A stretch of 64,000 nucleotides of DNA from Eubacterium sp. (lineage in GTDB: Bacteria; Bacillota; Clostridia; Lachnospirales; Lachnospiraceae). The translations under genes were made by a program, and so were the position numbers. The stretch lies in assembly GCA_017433825.1 (NCBI GenBank), contig JAFRGL010000005.1, positions 58,797-122,796 of the forward strand. Reading direction: 5' to 3'. The notes under the pieces are model-generated. The model worked only from the letters and a program-made list of their open reading frames with translations. It was not told the origin of the DNA and ran no database searches. Of the stretch, positions 48,199 to 57,603 are shown one piece after another (positions within the stretch are counted from its first letter, which is position 1; each line of letters opens with the position of its first letter).

Positions 48199-49569
48199 AT
48201 GACACCGGAAGAAGAATACAGACACTTAAAGGAAAATGCGGCGGACAAGGTCATGCGCCTGGTCCAGGATCAGCTGGTTTTATATCTGCCGTACCTTAAC
48301 CGGGCCATCTTAAGGCTTCCGTATTTCCCCTGGTACCCGGAGGATAATGAAGAAGTGGTGATGGACGCCTGCGGCACCGACGGAAGAAGGGTAACGGCCG
48401 AACCGGACGAGGTGATCCGGCTTTACAAAACGGACCGGACAAGGCTTCTGCGCAGCTATCTGCACATGATGTTCCACTGCATTTTCTGCCATCCGTTCCA
48501 GTACGAAATGCTGAATATAAAGGCCTGGGATTTCTGCACCAACGCGGCCGTGGAAAATACGATACTGGACCTGAATATCGGCGAGCTGGCCCTGCCGGAT
48601 GATCAGGAACGAAGAAGATTCCTGGCAAAAGCAGCCGGCTATGTGAAGCCGCTTACGGCTGAAAAGCTGTACCATTATTATTACAAGAACCAGGACATAC
48701 GGGAAAATGATCTGGAATACGCGCCGCTTTTTGCCCTGGACTGCCACGAGCTGTGGCTTTCCGAGGACAAGATGGCGGGCAAGGACCGTTTCTCCAAAGA
48801 CGCACAGTTTGATTTCAGCATGCATGAAACGGAAGCCATGTGGCAGGACGTGTCCAACCGGATCCAGCTGGACGTAAAAGCCGTGGCCAGGAGGCAGGAG
48901 CTCCTGCCCGGTTCCGCCATCGACAACATCAAGGCGGTGTATAAGGAGAAGAGAAGCTATACCGATTTCCTGAAGAAATTCATTGCCTTAAAAGAAGAAA
49001 TCAAAATCAATCAGGATGAATTCGACTATATTTATTATACCTACGGCATGAAGCTGTATGGCAACATGCCGCTTATCGAGCCGCTGGAATATACCGACAG
49101 CAGTAAGATCCACGACCTGGTGATAGCCATCGATACCTCCGGCTCCTGCCAGGGCAGGGTGGTGAGAAGCTTTTTAAACAAAACCTACACCATCTTAAAG
49201 GACAGCAGCGTCTTCTTTTCGGATTTGAACGTGCACATCATGCAGTGCGACAGCGAGGTGCATTCCGATGTGAAGATAACCTCCCAGACCGAATTCGACG
49301 AATACATCATGAATCTGAAGGCGGAGGGCTTCGGCGGCACGGATTTCCGGCCGGTGTTTGAACGGATAGAAGAGCTTCAGAAAAGGCATGAATTTTCGAA
49401 TTTGAGGGGGTTGATTTACCTGACCGACGGGCTGGGCACTTTCCCGCAGGTGAAGCCGGATTACCCGGTAGCTTTTATTATTATTGAAGATGACAGGCAG
49501 AAGGCAAAGGTGCCTGCCTGGGCCATCCGGCTGGATACCACGCTGGAGGACCTGGAGAAAAGGAGATAA
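48199..49569 (+). CDS. vWA-domain protein with a DUF2201-type N-terminal putative-metallopeptidase domain (motif degenerate)
   Basis: N-terminal pattern TDGRRV...YLHMMFHCIFCH...AWDFCTNAAVEN matches the DUF2201_N layout, except that HExxH reads HMMFH. C-terminal MIDAS-like motifs VIAIDTSGSC and IYLTDGLGTFP. The ATG abuts the upstream TAA. Confidence 0.72.
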   Translation: MTPEEEYRHLKENAADKVMRLVQDQLVLYLPYLNRAILRLPYFPWYPEDNEEVVMDACGTDGRRVTAEPDEVIRLYKTDRTRLLRSYLHMMFHCIFCHPFQYEMLNIKAWDFCTNAAVENTILDLNIGELALPDDQERRRFLAKAAGYVKPLTAEKLYHYYYKNQDIRENDLEYAPLFALDCHELWLSEDKMAGKDRFSKDAQFDFSMHETEAMWQDVSNRIQLDVKAVARRQELLPGSAIDNIKAVYKEKRSYTDFLKKFIALKEEIKINQDEFDYIYYTYGMKLYGNMPLIEPLEYTDSSKIHDLVIAIDTSGSCQGRVVRSFLNKTYTILKDSSVFFSDLNVHIMQCDSEVHSDVKITSQTEFDEYIMNLKAEGFGGTDFRPVFERIEELQKRHEFSNLRGLIYLTDGLGTFPQVKPDYPVAFIIIEDDRQKAKVPAWAIRLDTTLEDLEKRR

Positions 49570-49571
49570 CA

Positions 49572-50957
49572 GTGAACATCAGAGAAGCAAAGGAACAGAT
49601 TAAACGGTCGGTAAGCATTTATCTGATGAAGGATGAGTGGGGCAATTACAGGATCCCCCTGTCCAAACAGCGGCCCATTTTCCTGTACGGCGCGCCGGGC
49701 ATCGGCAAAACCGCCATTATGGAACAGATTGCGGAAGAACTGGATATTTCCCTGGTGGCCTATTCCATGACCCACCATACCAGGCAGTCCGCCTTAGGCC
49801 TGCCGTTTATCGTGCACAAGGATTACCAGGGCCAGTCCTACGATATTTCCCGGTACACCTTAAGCGAGATCATTGCTTCCGTATATGAGAAAATGGAATC
49901 CTCCGGCAAGCAGGAGGGCATCCTCTTCCTGGACGAAATCAACTGCGTGTCGGAAACTCTCGGACCGTCCATGCTGCAGTTTCTGCAGTATAAAATCTTC
50001 GGCAACCACCAGGTGCCGGAAGGCTGGGTCATCGTAACCGCCGGAAACCCGCCGGAGTTCAACCGTTCGGTGCGGGAGTTCGACGTGGCCACCATGGACC
50101 GCCTGAAGGTGATGGTGGTGGAGCCCGAATATGACGCCTGGCGGTATTACGCCGTCCAGCGCAATATCCATAAGGCCATCCTGACCTTCCTGGACATCAA
50201 GAAAGACGATTTCTACGATATCCAGACCACCGTGGACGGCAAAACCTACGTGACGGCAAGGGGCTGGGAGGATTTGTCGGAGGCCATTTATCTGTATGAG
50301 GAAAAAGGCTATCCCGTGGATGAAACCCTGATTTCCCAGTATTTAAGGAACAACCGTATCGTGGGCGAGTTTGCCGCCTACTATGAGCTTTTTGCCAAGT
50401 ACAGGAACGACTACCACATCGCGGATATCCTGGCAGGAAATGCGCCTGCGGAGGTGGGTGAGCGGGCACGGGAAGCGGGCTTTGACGAGAAAATTACCGT
50501 AACCGGCCTTTTGCTTGAAGCCATCATCCCCTGGATGAACCGGAATATCTGGCTGCAGGATGATTTAAGGAAGAGGATGGCGCAGCTGAAGGAGAAAAAG
50601 GCGGCCATCGCCAAAGGCGGCACCGTGGATGAGAAGAACGCCTTCCTGCGCAGGAAGCAGATTTTTGACGACGACGTGCGCCTTATGAAGACGGAAGCGG
50701 CGGAAATCAGCGAAAAGCTGTCCAACATTTTCCGCTTTGTGGCTGAATATTTCGGCGAGGGCAATGAAATGCTGATCCTTATTACCGAGCTTACCGTCAA
50801 TTACGGAAGCGCAAGGTTCATCGCCGAAAAAGGCTGCGAGGAGTACTTTGCCTACAGCAAAAAATTCATGATGTATGACAGGAACAAGGAGCTTAAAAAG
50901 GAGCTTCAGAGGATAGAAGAGCTGGGCGAGGCAGCCCGGCCGGTGTTTGAGGTATGA
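49572..50957 (+). CDS. MoxR-like / AAA_5-type AAA+ ATPase
   Basis: Walker A YGAPGIGKT, Walker B ILFLDEINC, sensor region VIVTAGNPPE. GTG start 2 nt after the upstream stop, with an AAAAGGAG RBS. Confidence 0.8.
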   Translation: MNIREAKEQIKRSVSIYLMKDEWGNYRIPLSKQRPIFLYGAPGIGKTAIMEQIAEELDISLVAYSMTHHTRQSALGLPFIVHKDYQGQSYDISRYTLSEIIASVYEKMESSGKQEGILFLDEINCVSETLGPSMLQFLQYKIFGNHQVPEGWVIVTAGNPPEFNRSVREFDVATMDRLKVMVVEPEYDAWRYYAVQRNIHKAILTFLDIKKDDFYDIQTTVDGKTYVTARGWEDLSEAIYLYEEKGYPVDETLISQYLRNNRIVGEFAAYYELFAKYRNDYHIADILAGNAPAEVGERAREAGFDEKITVTGLLLEAIIPWMNRNIWLQDDLRKRMAQLKEKKAAIAKGGTVDEKNAFLRRKQIFDDDVRLMKTEAAEISEKLSNIFRFVAEYFGEGNEMLILITELTVNYGSARFIAEKGCEEYFAYSKKFMMYDRNKELKKELQRIEELGEAARPVFEV

Positions 50958-51865
50958 CGGAAGGATACACGGAAGACGGCCTTTATACGGACGGATACGG
51001 ATATTACGCGGACCTGCCCGAAGGCAGGACGCTTGCCTCTGTGGACATGGAGGACGACAGGGAAGCCTATGACGTGGCGGAAGGCACGGTCCGGATTGCA
51101 GCGGACGCCTTTGACAATACGGAATGGCTGAAAACGGTCGGCATTCCTTCCTCCGTAACGGTCATTGAGGAAGGCGCGCTTTCAAACGGCAGGGGCTGGG
51201 CGGACCCGTATAAGGGTATCGAAACCATCCTCCTTTCCCCGGAAAACAGGGTGTATTTCATAAAAGGGGATTGCCTGTGGGAGAAAACGGAAAACGGCCT
51301 GAAGCTGTTCCGGTATCTTGCGGAAGATAATGAAGCGGTTATCCCGCAGGGGACCGCGGCGATAGCAAGGAAAGCCTTTTTCAACCGGAAACTGTCATTT
51401 GTACGGATTCCGGATGAAGACGCGCGCATCCGTTTCCCCAAAAAACACGGGTTTTATCTGGAAAACCTGCTTTCCTGCCTCGGGAAAAACGGCTTGATGT
51501 ATGATTTTTCGGATTACGACCACTTCATAACCACGGATTATTTCAACTGCACCAAGCTTATGATGCTGACGGATAGGTTATCGGCGCCGTTAAGGCTGGA
51601 AGACGAAACCGCGGAAGGCTTCCGGCAGCACGTTTTAAGCCATGTGAAGGAAACCGCCGAGGCCATCATCCGGGAGGACGGCATCGAAACCCTGGAAGCA
51701 CTGGCGGACTGCGGCCTTGTCACGGCGGAAAACGCGGATGAATTCATCGAACTGTTCAACAAAGCGGGAAAGACGGCGCTTTTGTCTTACGCCATGAACT
51801 ATAAGAATGAACATTTCCGTCAGACGGACGCCTTTGGTTTTACGGATGACGAGTGGGAAATCTGA
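50954..51865 (+). CDS. cytoplasmic BspA-type leucine-rich-repeat (LRR_5-like) protein
   Basis: VAEGTVRIAADAFDNTEWLKTVGIPSSVTVIEEGALSN... and VIPQGTAAIARKAFFNRKLSFVRIP fit the 'IP.sVt.Ig..AF' BspA-type repeat. No signal peptide. The start overlaps the ATPase stop (ATGA). Confidence 0.6.
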   Translation: MTEGYTEDGLYTDGYGYYADLPEGRTLASVDMEDDREAYDVAEGTVRIAADAFDNTEWLKTVGIPSSVTVIEEGALSNGRGWADPYKGIETILLSPENRVYFIKGDCLWEKTENGLKLFRYLAEDNEAVIPQGTAAIARKAFFNRKLSFVRIPDEDARIRFPKKHGFYLENLLSCLGKNGLMYDFSDYDHFITTDYFNCTKLMMLTDRLSAPLRLEDETAEGFRQHVLSHVKETAEAIIREDGIETLEALADCGLVTAENADEFIELFNKAGKTALLSYAMNYKNEHFRQTDAFGFTDDEWEI

Positions 51866-51988
51866 AGAGGCGTTTTTTACGGAAAACGGAGAAATAAACG
51901 GCTTTATTTTTCCGAAAAAGACGGTTGACTGCCGCGTCCGTGCGAAGCACAATAGTACAATACTATAAATATATAATAACGAGGAGTT

Positions 51989-52321
51989 GTGAAAATGAAG
52001 AAACTTGGCGGTATTTTTGCGGTAATTATGGCCTGCGTATGCCTGGCGGCCTGCGGAGGCTCGGTTAAAGAGACCGTGGATACGGTAAAGGAAAAGATTG
52101 AGCAGGTTGTGAACAAGATTGAAGAAACAGTCGGCGATATCGTGAAGGAACTGCCGGAGAAGGCCGGCGAGTACGCTTCTGCCATCAAGGAGAAGATTGA
52201 GCAGCTGAAGGAAGAATACAAGGACAATCCCGATATGCTGCAGGAGAAGCTGAACGGCCTTCTGGAGAAAGTGAAACAGGGCGTTGAGGGCATTAAAGAG
52301 GCCTTAACGGACAAAAACTGA
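51989..52321 (+). CDS. small lipoprotein, Lys/Glu-rich helical
   Basis: Lipobox CLAACGG. The remainder is a charged, coiled-coil-like sequence. 110 aa. Confidence 0.55.
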   Translation: MKMKKLGGIFAVIMACVCLAACGGSVKETVDTVKEKIEQVVNKIEETVGDIVKELPEKAGEYASAIKEKIEQLKEEYKDNPDMLQEKLNGLLEKVKQGVEGIKEALTDKN

Positions 52322-52361
52322 TTCAAAAGCGGGAAATAATCATTTAGAGGAACAGCATAAA

Positions 52362-52907
52362 ATGAGCGAAATCACTGATATTATCAAAGAGCATCTGGAA
52401 AGGTATCCGGAGATGGAAATCGGCGACCTTTTCAAGCTGATTTACCAGAATGAATACGGCGGAGGCTTTGCGGCTTCCAATCCGGAACTGTCCTTAAGGC
52501 AGATAGAAGCCGACTACGAGAAGATCAATTCCTCCAGAAGGAAACCGAAAACCGACCTCATCGAGGATATCGGAAACGGCTTTGTCCGTGTAAACTTAGG
52601 CGCTCTCAACCCGGAAACCTTCCCGCTTGAGAAGCTGAACGAAGCCTGTATCGCCACGGCGGAAAAATACCGTGGGAACAGGCAGGCCCTGCGTGACAAA
52701 GTAAAGGAAGTGCGGGATCATTTCGCGGAATTTGATTTTGAATTCGAGGAGGTGACCTTCGTGCTGTTTTCATCTGCCATGGAGGAAGCCTGCTATCCGC
52801 CCATTGACCACAGTGAAACATACCGGGTGCTCTACAAGCCTGCCTACCGGGTGGTGAAAAAGGAACTGCTTGAAGACATTATACCGGAGGCAGAGTCTGT
52901 AAATTGA
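52362..52907 (+). CDS. hypothetical protein
   Basis: 181-aa ORF with coding-like composition, running into the antiporter gene start. I recognise no family. Confidence 0.5.
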   Translation: MSEITDIIKEHLERYPEMEIGDLFKLIYQNEYGGGFAASNPELSLRQIEADYEKINSSRRKPKTDLIEDIGNGFVRVNLGALNPETFPLEKLNEACIATAEKYRGNRQALRDKVKEVRDHFAEFDFEFEEVTFVLFSSAMEEACYPPIDHSETYRVLYKPAYRVVKKELLEDIIPEAESVN

Positions 52908-53857
52908 TACTGATACTTGTACTGTTAGTTGTAGGAATCGTGCTTATTGTAAAAGGCGGTGATTTCTTTGTTGACGCCGCCAGCTGGATTGCCGAGGTTT
53001 CCGGCATCCCGAAAGTCATCATCGGCGCCACCATTGTCAGTATTGCCACCACGCTACCGGAGCTTCTGGTCTCGCTTCTGGCGGCGGCCCAGGGCAAGGT
53101 GGATATGGCCATCGGCAATGCCGTAGGTTCTGTTACCGCCAACTTAGGCCTTATCATGGCCATCGGCCTTATCTGCATACCCGCGATTGTCAGGCGTAAG
53201 GAATACGCGCTCAAATCCGTATTTATGCTGGCCGGCTGCGCGCTGGTGGTTTTATGCGGCAGGACCGGCGAGGTGAAAACCTACATCGCCGTCGTCATGC
53301 TGGCCATCTGCGCCCTGTTTTTTGTGGAAAACATTATCAACGCGAAAAAGGCCGTGAAGGCCGGTGAGGAAACCAGGCCCCCGAAACCCACATCGAAGAC
53401 GACGGCCGTTAACGTGCTTAAGCTTATCGGCGGCGCGGCCGGCATCATCATCGGCGCAAATCTCCTGGTCAACAACGGCAGCGAGCTGGCGCGCCTTTTA
53501 GGCGTATCGGAGCGTATTATCAGCGTTACCATCGTGGCTGTTGGAACTTCCCTTCCCGAACTGGTAACCACCATTACCGCCGTCGCCAAGAAGCAGTCGG
53601 CCCTTTCGGTGGGCAATATCATCGGCGCGAACATCATTGATTTGACGCTTATCATGCCTTTGTGCAGCGTGGTCTCCGGCAAGAACCTTCCGGTATCCGC
53701 ATCCGTGGCGGCTCTGGACCTGCCGATTTCCCTTATCGTCGGCGCCATTGCCCTGATACCCATGCTGATAGCCTCCAGGTTCCGCAGGTGGCAGGGATTC
53801 GCCCTTCTGGCTGTCTATATCGTCTACCTGGTGCTGACCTGCACCTGGGTGCATTAA
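52904..53857 (+). CDS. CaCA-family sodium/calcium exchanger (YrbG-like)
   Basis: Two alpha-repeats, GNAVGSVTANLGLIMA and GNIIGANIIDLTLIM, with about 10 TM segments. TTG start. Confidence 0.85.
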   Translation: MILILVLLVVGIVLIVKGGDFFVDAASWIAEVSGIPKVIIGATIVSIATTLPELLVSLLAAAQGKVDMAIGNAVGSVTANLGLIMAIGLICIPAIVRRKEYALKSVFMLAGCALVVLCGRTGEVKTYIAVVMLAICALFFVENIINAKKAVKAGEETRPPKPTSKTTAVNVLKLIGGAAGIIIGANLLVNNGSELARLLGVSERIISVTIVAVGTSLPELVTTITAVAKKQSALSVGNIIGANIIDLTLIMPLCSVVSGKNLPVSASVAALDLPISLIVGAIALIPMLIASRFRRWQGFALLAVYIVYLVLTCTWVH

Positions 53858-53871
53858 GGAACTGACATTAC

Positions 53872-53897
53872 GAAATTTTTAGATCCGCCGTACAGGC
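53872..53897 (+). terminator. possible intrinsic terminator
   Basis: GATCCGCC-GTACA-GGCGGATC followed by CTTTAT. The T-tract is weak. Confidence 0.45.
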
Positions 53898-53920
53898 GGA
53901 TCCTTTATAAGGAGGGGAAA

Positions 53921-54814
53921 ATGGTAGGATTTATCGGACTGGGCATCATGGGAAAGCATATGTCGGCAAACCTGCTTTTTGCAGGCGTGCCGCTCATGGT
54001 CTGTGATCTGAATGAGGAGGCAGTGCGTTCGGCGGAAAAGCTCGGCGCGGTGCGGGGAAGCTATGCCGACATCGGCAGAAACTGCGGGATTATTATCCTG
54101 TGCGTTCCAAGCGGCGATATTTCAAAAAGCATCCTGTTCGGGGACGGCGGCGTTTCTGCAGCAGCCGCTGCCGGTACGGTTGTCTGCGACATGAGTTCGG
54201 TCATGCCGCAGGAGTCGGTGTACTGTTATGAAAAACTGAAGGAAAAGGGCATCGGGTTTGTGGACGCGCCCATGTCCGGCGGTGAGCCGGGCGCTGCAGC
54301 CGGAACCCTTGCCATTATGTGCGGCGGCAGCGAAGGAGATTTCGAAAAAATGCGGCCGTATTTTGATATCCTGGGGTCTTCCGCGCTGCTGGTGGGCGGA
54401 CCCGGGGCGGGTTCCACCGCAAAGCTGGTCAACCAGATGATTGTCAACAACACCATTGCCGTGGTATCGGAAGCTTTCGTATTCGCGGCAAAATCAGGCG
54501 CGGACCCGGAAAAAGTATATAAGGCTATCCGGGGAGGCCTTGCGGGAAGCGCGGTTATGGACGCGAAAATCCCGTTGATTCTGGAGCGGAATTTCAAGCC
54601 CGGCGGGCCGATACGCATTAACCTTAAGGATATTAAAAACTGTGTGGAGGCCGCCCATGCGGCGGAAGTGCCCATTCCCTATACGGCACAGCTGTATGAA
54701 ATCATGCAGTCCATGAAGGTGCATGACATGATGAACATGGACCACGGCAGCATCGTGCGGTATTTTGAAGAGCTGGCAGGCGTTGAGGTGAGGAAAAATG
54801 AAGATACCGTTTGA
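53921..54814 (+). CDS. beta-hydroxyacid dehydrogenase family NAD(P) oxidoreductase (3-hydroxyisobutyrate / tartronate semialdehyde / L-threonate dehydrogenase-like)
   Basis: MVGFIGLGIMGKHM Rossmann motif, DAPMSGGEPGA, and the family-typical K in GSTAKLVNQM. Confidence 0.85.
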   Translation: MVGFIGLGIMGKHMSANLLFAGVPLMVCDLNEEAVRSAEKLGAVRGSYADIGRNCGIIILCVPSGDISKSILFGDGGVSAAAAAGTVVCDMSSVMPQESVYCYEKLKEKGIGFVDAPMSGGEPGAAAGTLAIMCGGSEGDFEKMRPYFDILGSSALLVGGPGAGSTAKLVNQMIVNNTIAVVSEAFVFAAKSGADPEKVYKAIRGGLAGSAVMDAKIPLILERNFKPGGPIRINLKDIKNCVEAAHAAEVPIPYTAQLYEIMQSMKVHDMMNMDHGSIVRYFEELAGVEVRKNEDTV

Positions 54815-56222
54815 TTCCGTAAACATCCTTCTGCCTGCGGACGAAAAGGAAGCAGACCTGATGCTGGCCGAAGAGCTGGCATTATCTGATAAGAAAATCG
54901 TTGTGCTGGACGACGATCCCACAGGGGTGCAGACCGTCCATGACATTTCCGTTTATACGGCCTGGGATGAGAAAAGCATGCTGGAAGGCTTCCTGGAGGA
55001 CCGGCCTTTGTTCTATGTTCTGACCAATTCCAGGGGGCTTACGAAGGCGGAAACCGCGAAAGTGCACCATGAAGCGGCAAAAGCGGCCGCTGCGGCGGCA
55101 GAAAGCACCGGGAAAGATTATTTCTTCATCAGCAGGAGCGACAGCACCCTGCGCGGGCATTTCCCCGATGAAACGGAAATCCTTGCGGAAGAATATGAAA
55201 AAGCCACCGGCAGGATTATCGACGGTGAGGTTATCTGTCCGTTTTTCCCGGAAGGCGGCAGGTATACCCTGAACAATATCCACTACGTACGGTACGAAGA
55301 CGAGCTGGTTGCTGCCTGCGAAACGGAATTCGCAAAGGACAAAACCTTCGGCTACACGTCGCTTACCATGCCGGAGTATGTGGAAGAGAAGACCGCCGGC
55401 CGTTTCAAAGCGGAAGACGTAATCTGTATTTCGCTGGAAGATATCCGCGGCAAATGCTATGATAAAATTAAAGACCAGCTGCGGGGAGTTGAAAACTTCG
55501 GCAAAATCATCGTGAACGCGGTCTGCTATGCGGATCTTAAAATATTCTGCGCCTTGCTGTACGCGGTCATGCGGGAGGGCAAAACCTTCATGTTTCGTTC
55601 CGCGGCAGGCCTGGTAAAGGTGATGGGCGGCATAAAAGACAGGCCGCTCCTTACCAGAAAAGAGATGGTGCAGGCGGAAAACGGAAACGGCGGCGTTATC
55701 GTAATCGGCTCCCATACCGCGAAGACCACCGCGCAGCTGGAAAACCTGAAAAACGTTCCCGGCATCCGGTTTATCGAACTGGACGCCTCCCTGGTGAAGG
55801 ACTTTCCGGCGTTTGAAAAGGAGACTGCCCGCTGCATTGCCGAAGAGGAAGCGTGCATCAGGGCCGGCCAGACGGTCTGCTGTTATACGACGCGGACGCT
55901 TGTAACGGCGGATACCGGTGATGCGGAGGACGAACTGAAGCTTTCGGTGAAGATATCCGACGCGGTGCAGTCCCTGGTGGGCAGGCTTACGGTTACGCCC
56001 TCATTTATCATTGCCAAGGGCGGCATTACCTCCAGCGACGTGGGCACGAAGGCCTTAGGCGTAAAAAGGGCGGATGTCCTCGGACAGATTCTGGCGGGCG
56101 TGCCGGTGTGGAAGACCGGCAGCGAAAGCAGGTTTCCGGGAATTCCCTATGTCATTTTCCCGGGAAATGTAGGCGGAGACAGTGCGCTAAAAGACGCAGT
56201 GCAGGTATTTATCGGACAATAA
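54798..56222 (+). CDS. four-carbon acid sugar kinase family protein (DUF1537, OtnK/DtnK-like)
   Basis: VVLDDDPTGVQTV, LTNSR and SRSDSTLRGH are the N-terminal DUF1537 motifs. Overlaps the upstream dehydrogenase gene by 17 nt. Confidence 0.8.
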   Translation: MKIPFDSVNILLPADEKEADLMLAEELALSDKKIVVLDDDPTGVQTVHDISVYTAWDEKSMLEGFLEDRPLFYVLTNSRGLTKAETAKVHHEAAKAAAAAAESTGKDYFFISRSDSTLRGHFPDETEILAEEYEKATGRIIDGEVICPFFPEGGRYTLNNIHYVRYEDELVAACETEFAKDKTFGYTSLTMPEYVEEKTAGRFKAEDVICISLEDIRGKCYDKIKDQLRGVENFGKIIVNAVCYADLKIFCALLYAVMREGKTFMFRSAAGLVKVMGGIKDRPLLTRKEMVQAENGNGGVIVIGSHTAKTTAQLENLKNVPGIRFIELDASLVKDFPAFEKETARCIAEEEACIRAGQTVCCYTTRTLVTADTGDAEDELKLSVKISDAVQSLVGRLTVTPSFIIAKGGITSSDVGTKALGVKRADVLGQILAGVPVWKTGSESRFPGIPYVIFPGNVGGDSALKDAVQVFIGQ

Positions 56223-56237
56223 AGGAGAAAACCGGAG

Positions 56238-57467
56238 ATGAAAATGAACTTTCCCCTGATTCTGGACGGCGCCACCGGCACAGAGCTGGCCAAGGCCGGC
56301 CTTACAAATGATACGGCCTCCGAGCTTTGGATGCTGGAGCATGAAGACGCGGTGCTGGAACTGCAGTCCGGCTACGCCGAAGCAGGCTCGCAGGTCTTAT
56401 ATACGCCCACCTTCGGTTCTTCACCGGTAAGTCTGGCCAAGCACGGGCTTAAAGAGCGGACTGCGGAGCTGAACATGCGCCTTTTTGAACTGACGAAGAA
56501 GGCATCCGCCGGACGTACGCTCATAGGCGGCGATATCGGACCCGGAGGCCTGATGCCCAGGCCTTTCGGACACCTTGGCTTTGAAGAACTGGCGGAATCC
56601 TTTGCAGAGCAGGCAAAGGCGCTTGATGAAGCAGGCGTGGATCTTTTCGCGGTTGAAACACAGATGAGCATCGCGGAAGCAAGGGCGGCTTTCCTTGGCA
56701 TCCGCAAGGTCAGCGACAAGCCCGTATTTGTATCCTTTACCTGCGGCAAGGACGGCAAAACCTTAGACGGAAGCGACATGCGGGCAGCCCTTGTGACTTT
56801 GCAGGCCATGGGGGCAGCTGCCTTCGGCCTGAACTGTTCCTGGGGCCCGGAAGAGATGCTGCCGGTGATTCAGTCCCTGGCGCCTTACGCGGCAGTACCG
56901 CTGATTGCCAAGCCGAACGCAGGCCTGCCCCAGTTTGTGGACGGGCAGGCGGTATATGACTGCACACCGGAAGAATTTACCGCTTACACGGCAGATTTTC
57001 TGGCAGCAGGCGCGGTCATCCTGGGCGGCTGCTGCGGCACCGACAAAACCCACATGAAGGCGCTGGCGGAAAAAGTGCGGCAGTGCGGCGACGCCTTTGC
57101 CCTGCCGGAAGGGGACGGACAGGTATACTGCTCCTGTGAAAAATACGCCCTGGCCGTAACGGAAGATATGACATTTATCCCGGCATTCTCCTGCGGTGAG
57201 GATTTCGAGGAGGTCCTGGATGATGCGGCGGAAGAAGAAGGAGACGCCTTAAGGATTGTGATTGACGGCAGTACGGACTTTGACGCTTTCGAAAACTGCC
57301 AGTATATGATCGCAAAGCCGGTCTGCTTCGAATCTTCTGATGCCGCCGCCCTGGAAAAGGCCCTGCGGCTGTACCGCGGACGGGCCATGTATGAAGGCGG
57401 CCTGCCGGAAGAAGCGCTCGCACCGCTAAAAGAAAAGTACGGGCTGATTGACCTGGCCGGGCTGTAA
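56238..57467 (+). CDS. homocysteine S-methyltransferase-domain protein (MetH N-terminal-like) with an extra C-terminal region
   Basis: LILDGATGTEL, NCSWGPEEM and GGCCGTDKTHM (Zn-binding Cys residues) are the Hcy-binding domain pattern. Confidence 0.8.
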   Translation: MKMNFPLILDGATGTELAKAGLTNDTASELWMLEHEDAVLELQSGYAEAGSQVLYTPTFGSSPVSLAKHGLKERTAELNMRLFELTKKASAGRTLIGGDIGPGGLMPRPFGHLGFEELAESFAEQAKALDEAGVDLFAVETQMSIAEARAAFLGIRKVSDKPVFVSFTCGKDGKTLDGSDMRAALVTLQAMGAAAFGLNCSWGPEEMLPVIQSLAPYAAVPLIAKPNAGLPQFVDGQAVYDCTPEEFTAYTADFLAAGAVILGGCCGTDKTHMKALAEKVRQCGDAFALPEGDGQVYCSCEKYALAVTEDMTFIPAFSCGEDFEEVLDDAAEEEGDALRIVIDGSTDFDAFENCQYMIAKPVCFESSDAAALEKALRLYRGRAMYEGGLPEEALAPLKEKYGLIDLAGL

Positions 57468-57505
57468 GGCAGGATTCCGGTCCTGTGCTTTACTGCGGTG
57501 ACGTA

Positions 57506-57535
57506 TTGACAGACAGGCAGGTCTGTCAGTATTAT
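57506..57535 (+). promoter_or_regulatory. promoter candidate with an embedded perfect 8-bp inverted repeat (possible operator)
   Basis: TTGACA (57506-57511), 18 nt, TATTAT (57530-57535). The palindrome TGACAGAC-AGGCAG-GTCTGTCA spans the -35 element and the spacer. Confidence 0.55.
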
Positions 57536-57603
57536 AAAAGAAAGCAACAATACGTAAAAAGAACATTTCATTATAGCTGCAAACAAGAACGGAGAAGAAG
57601 ACT

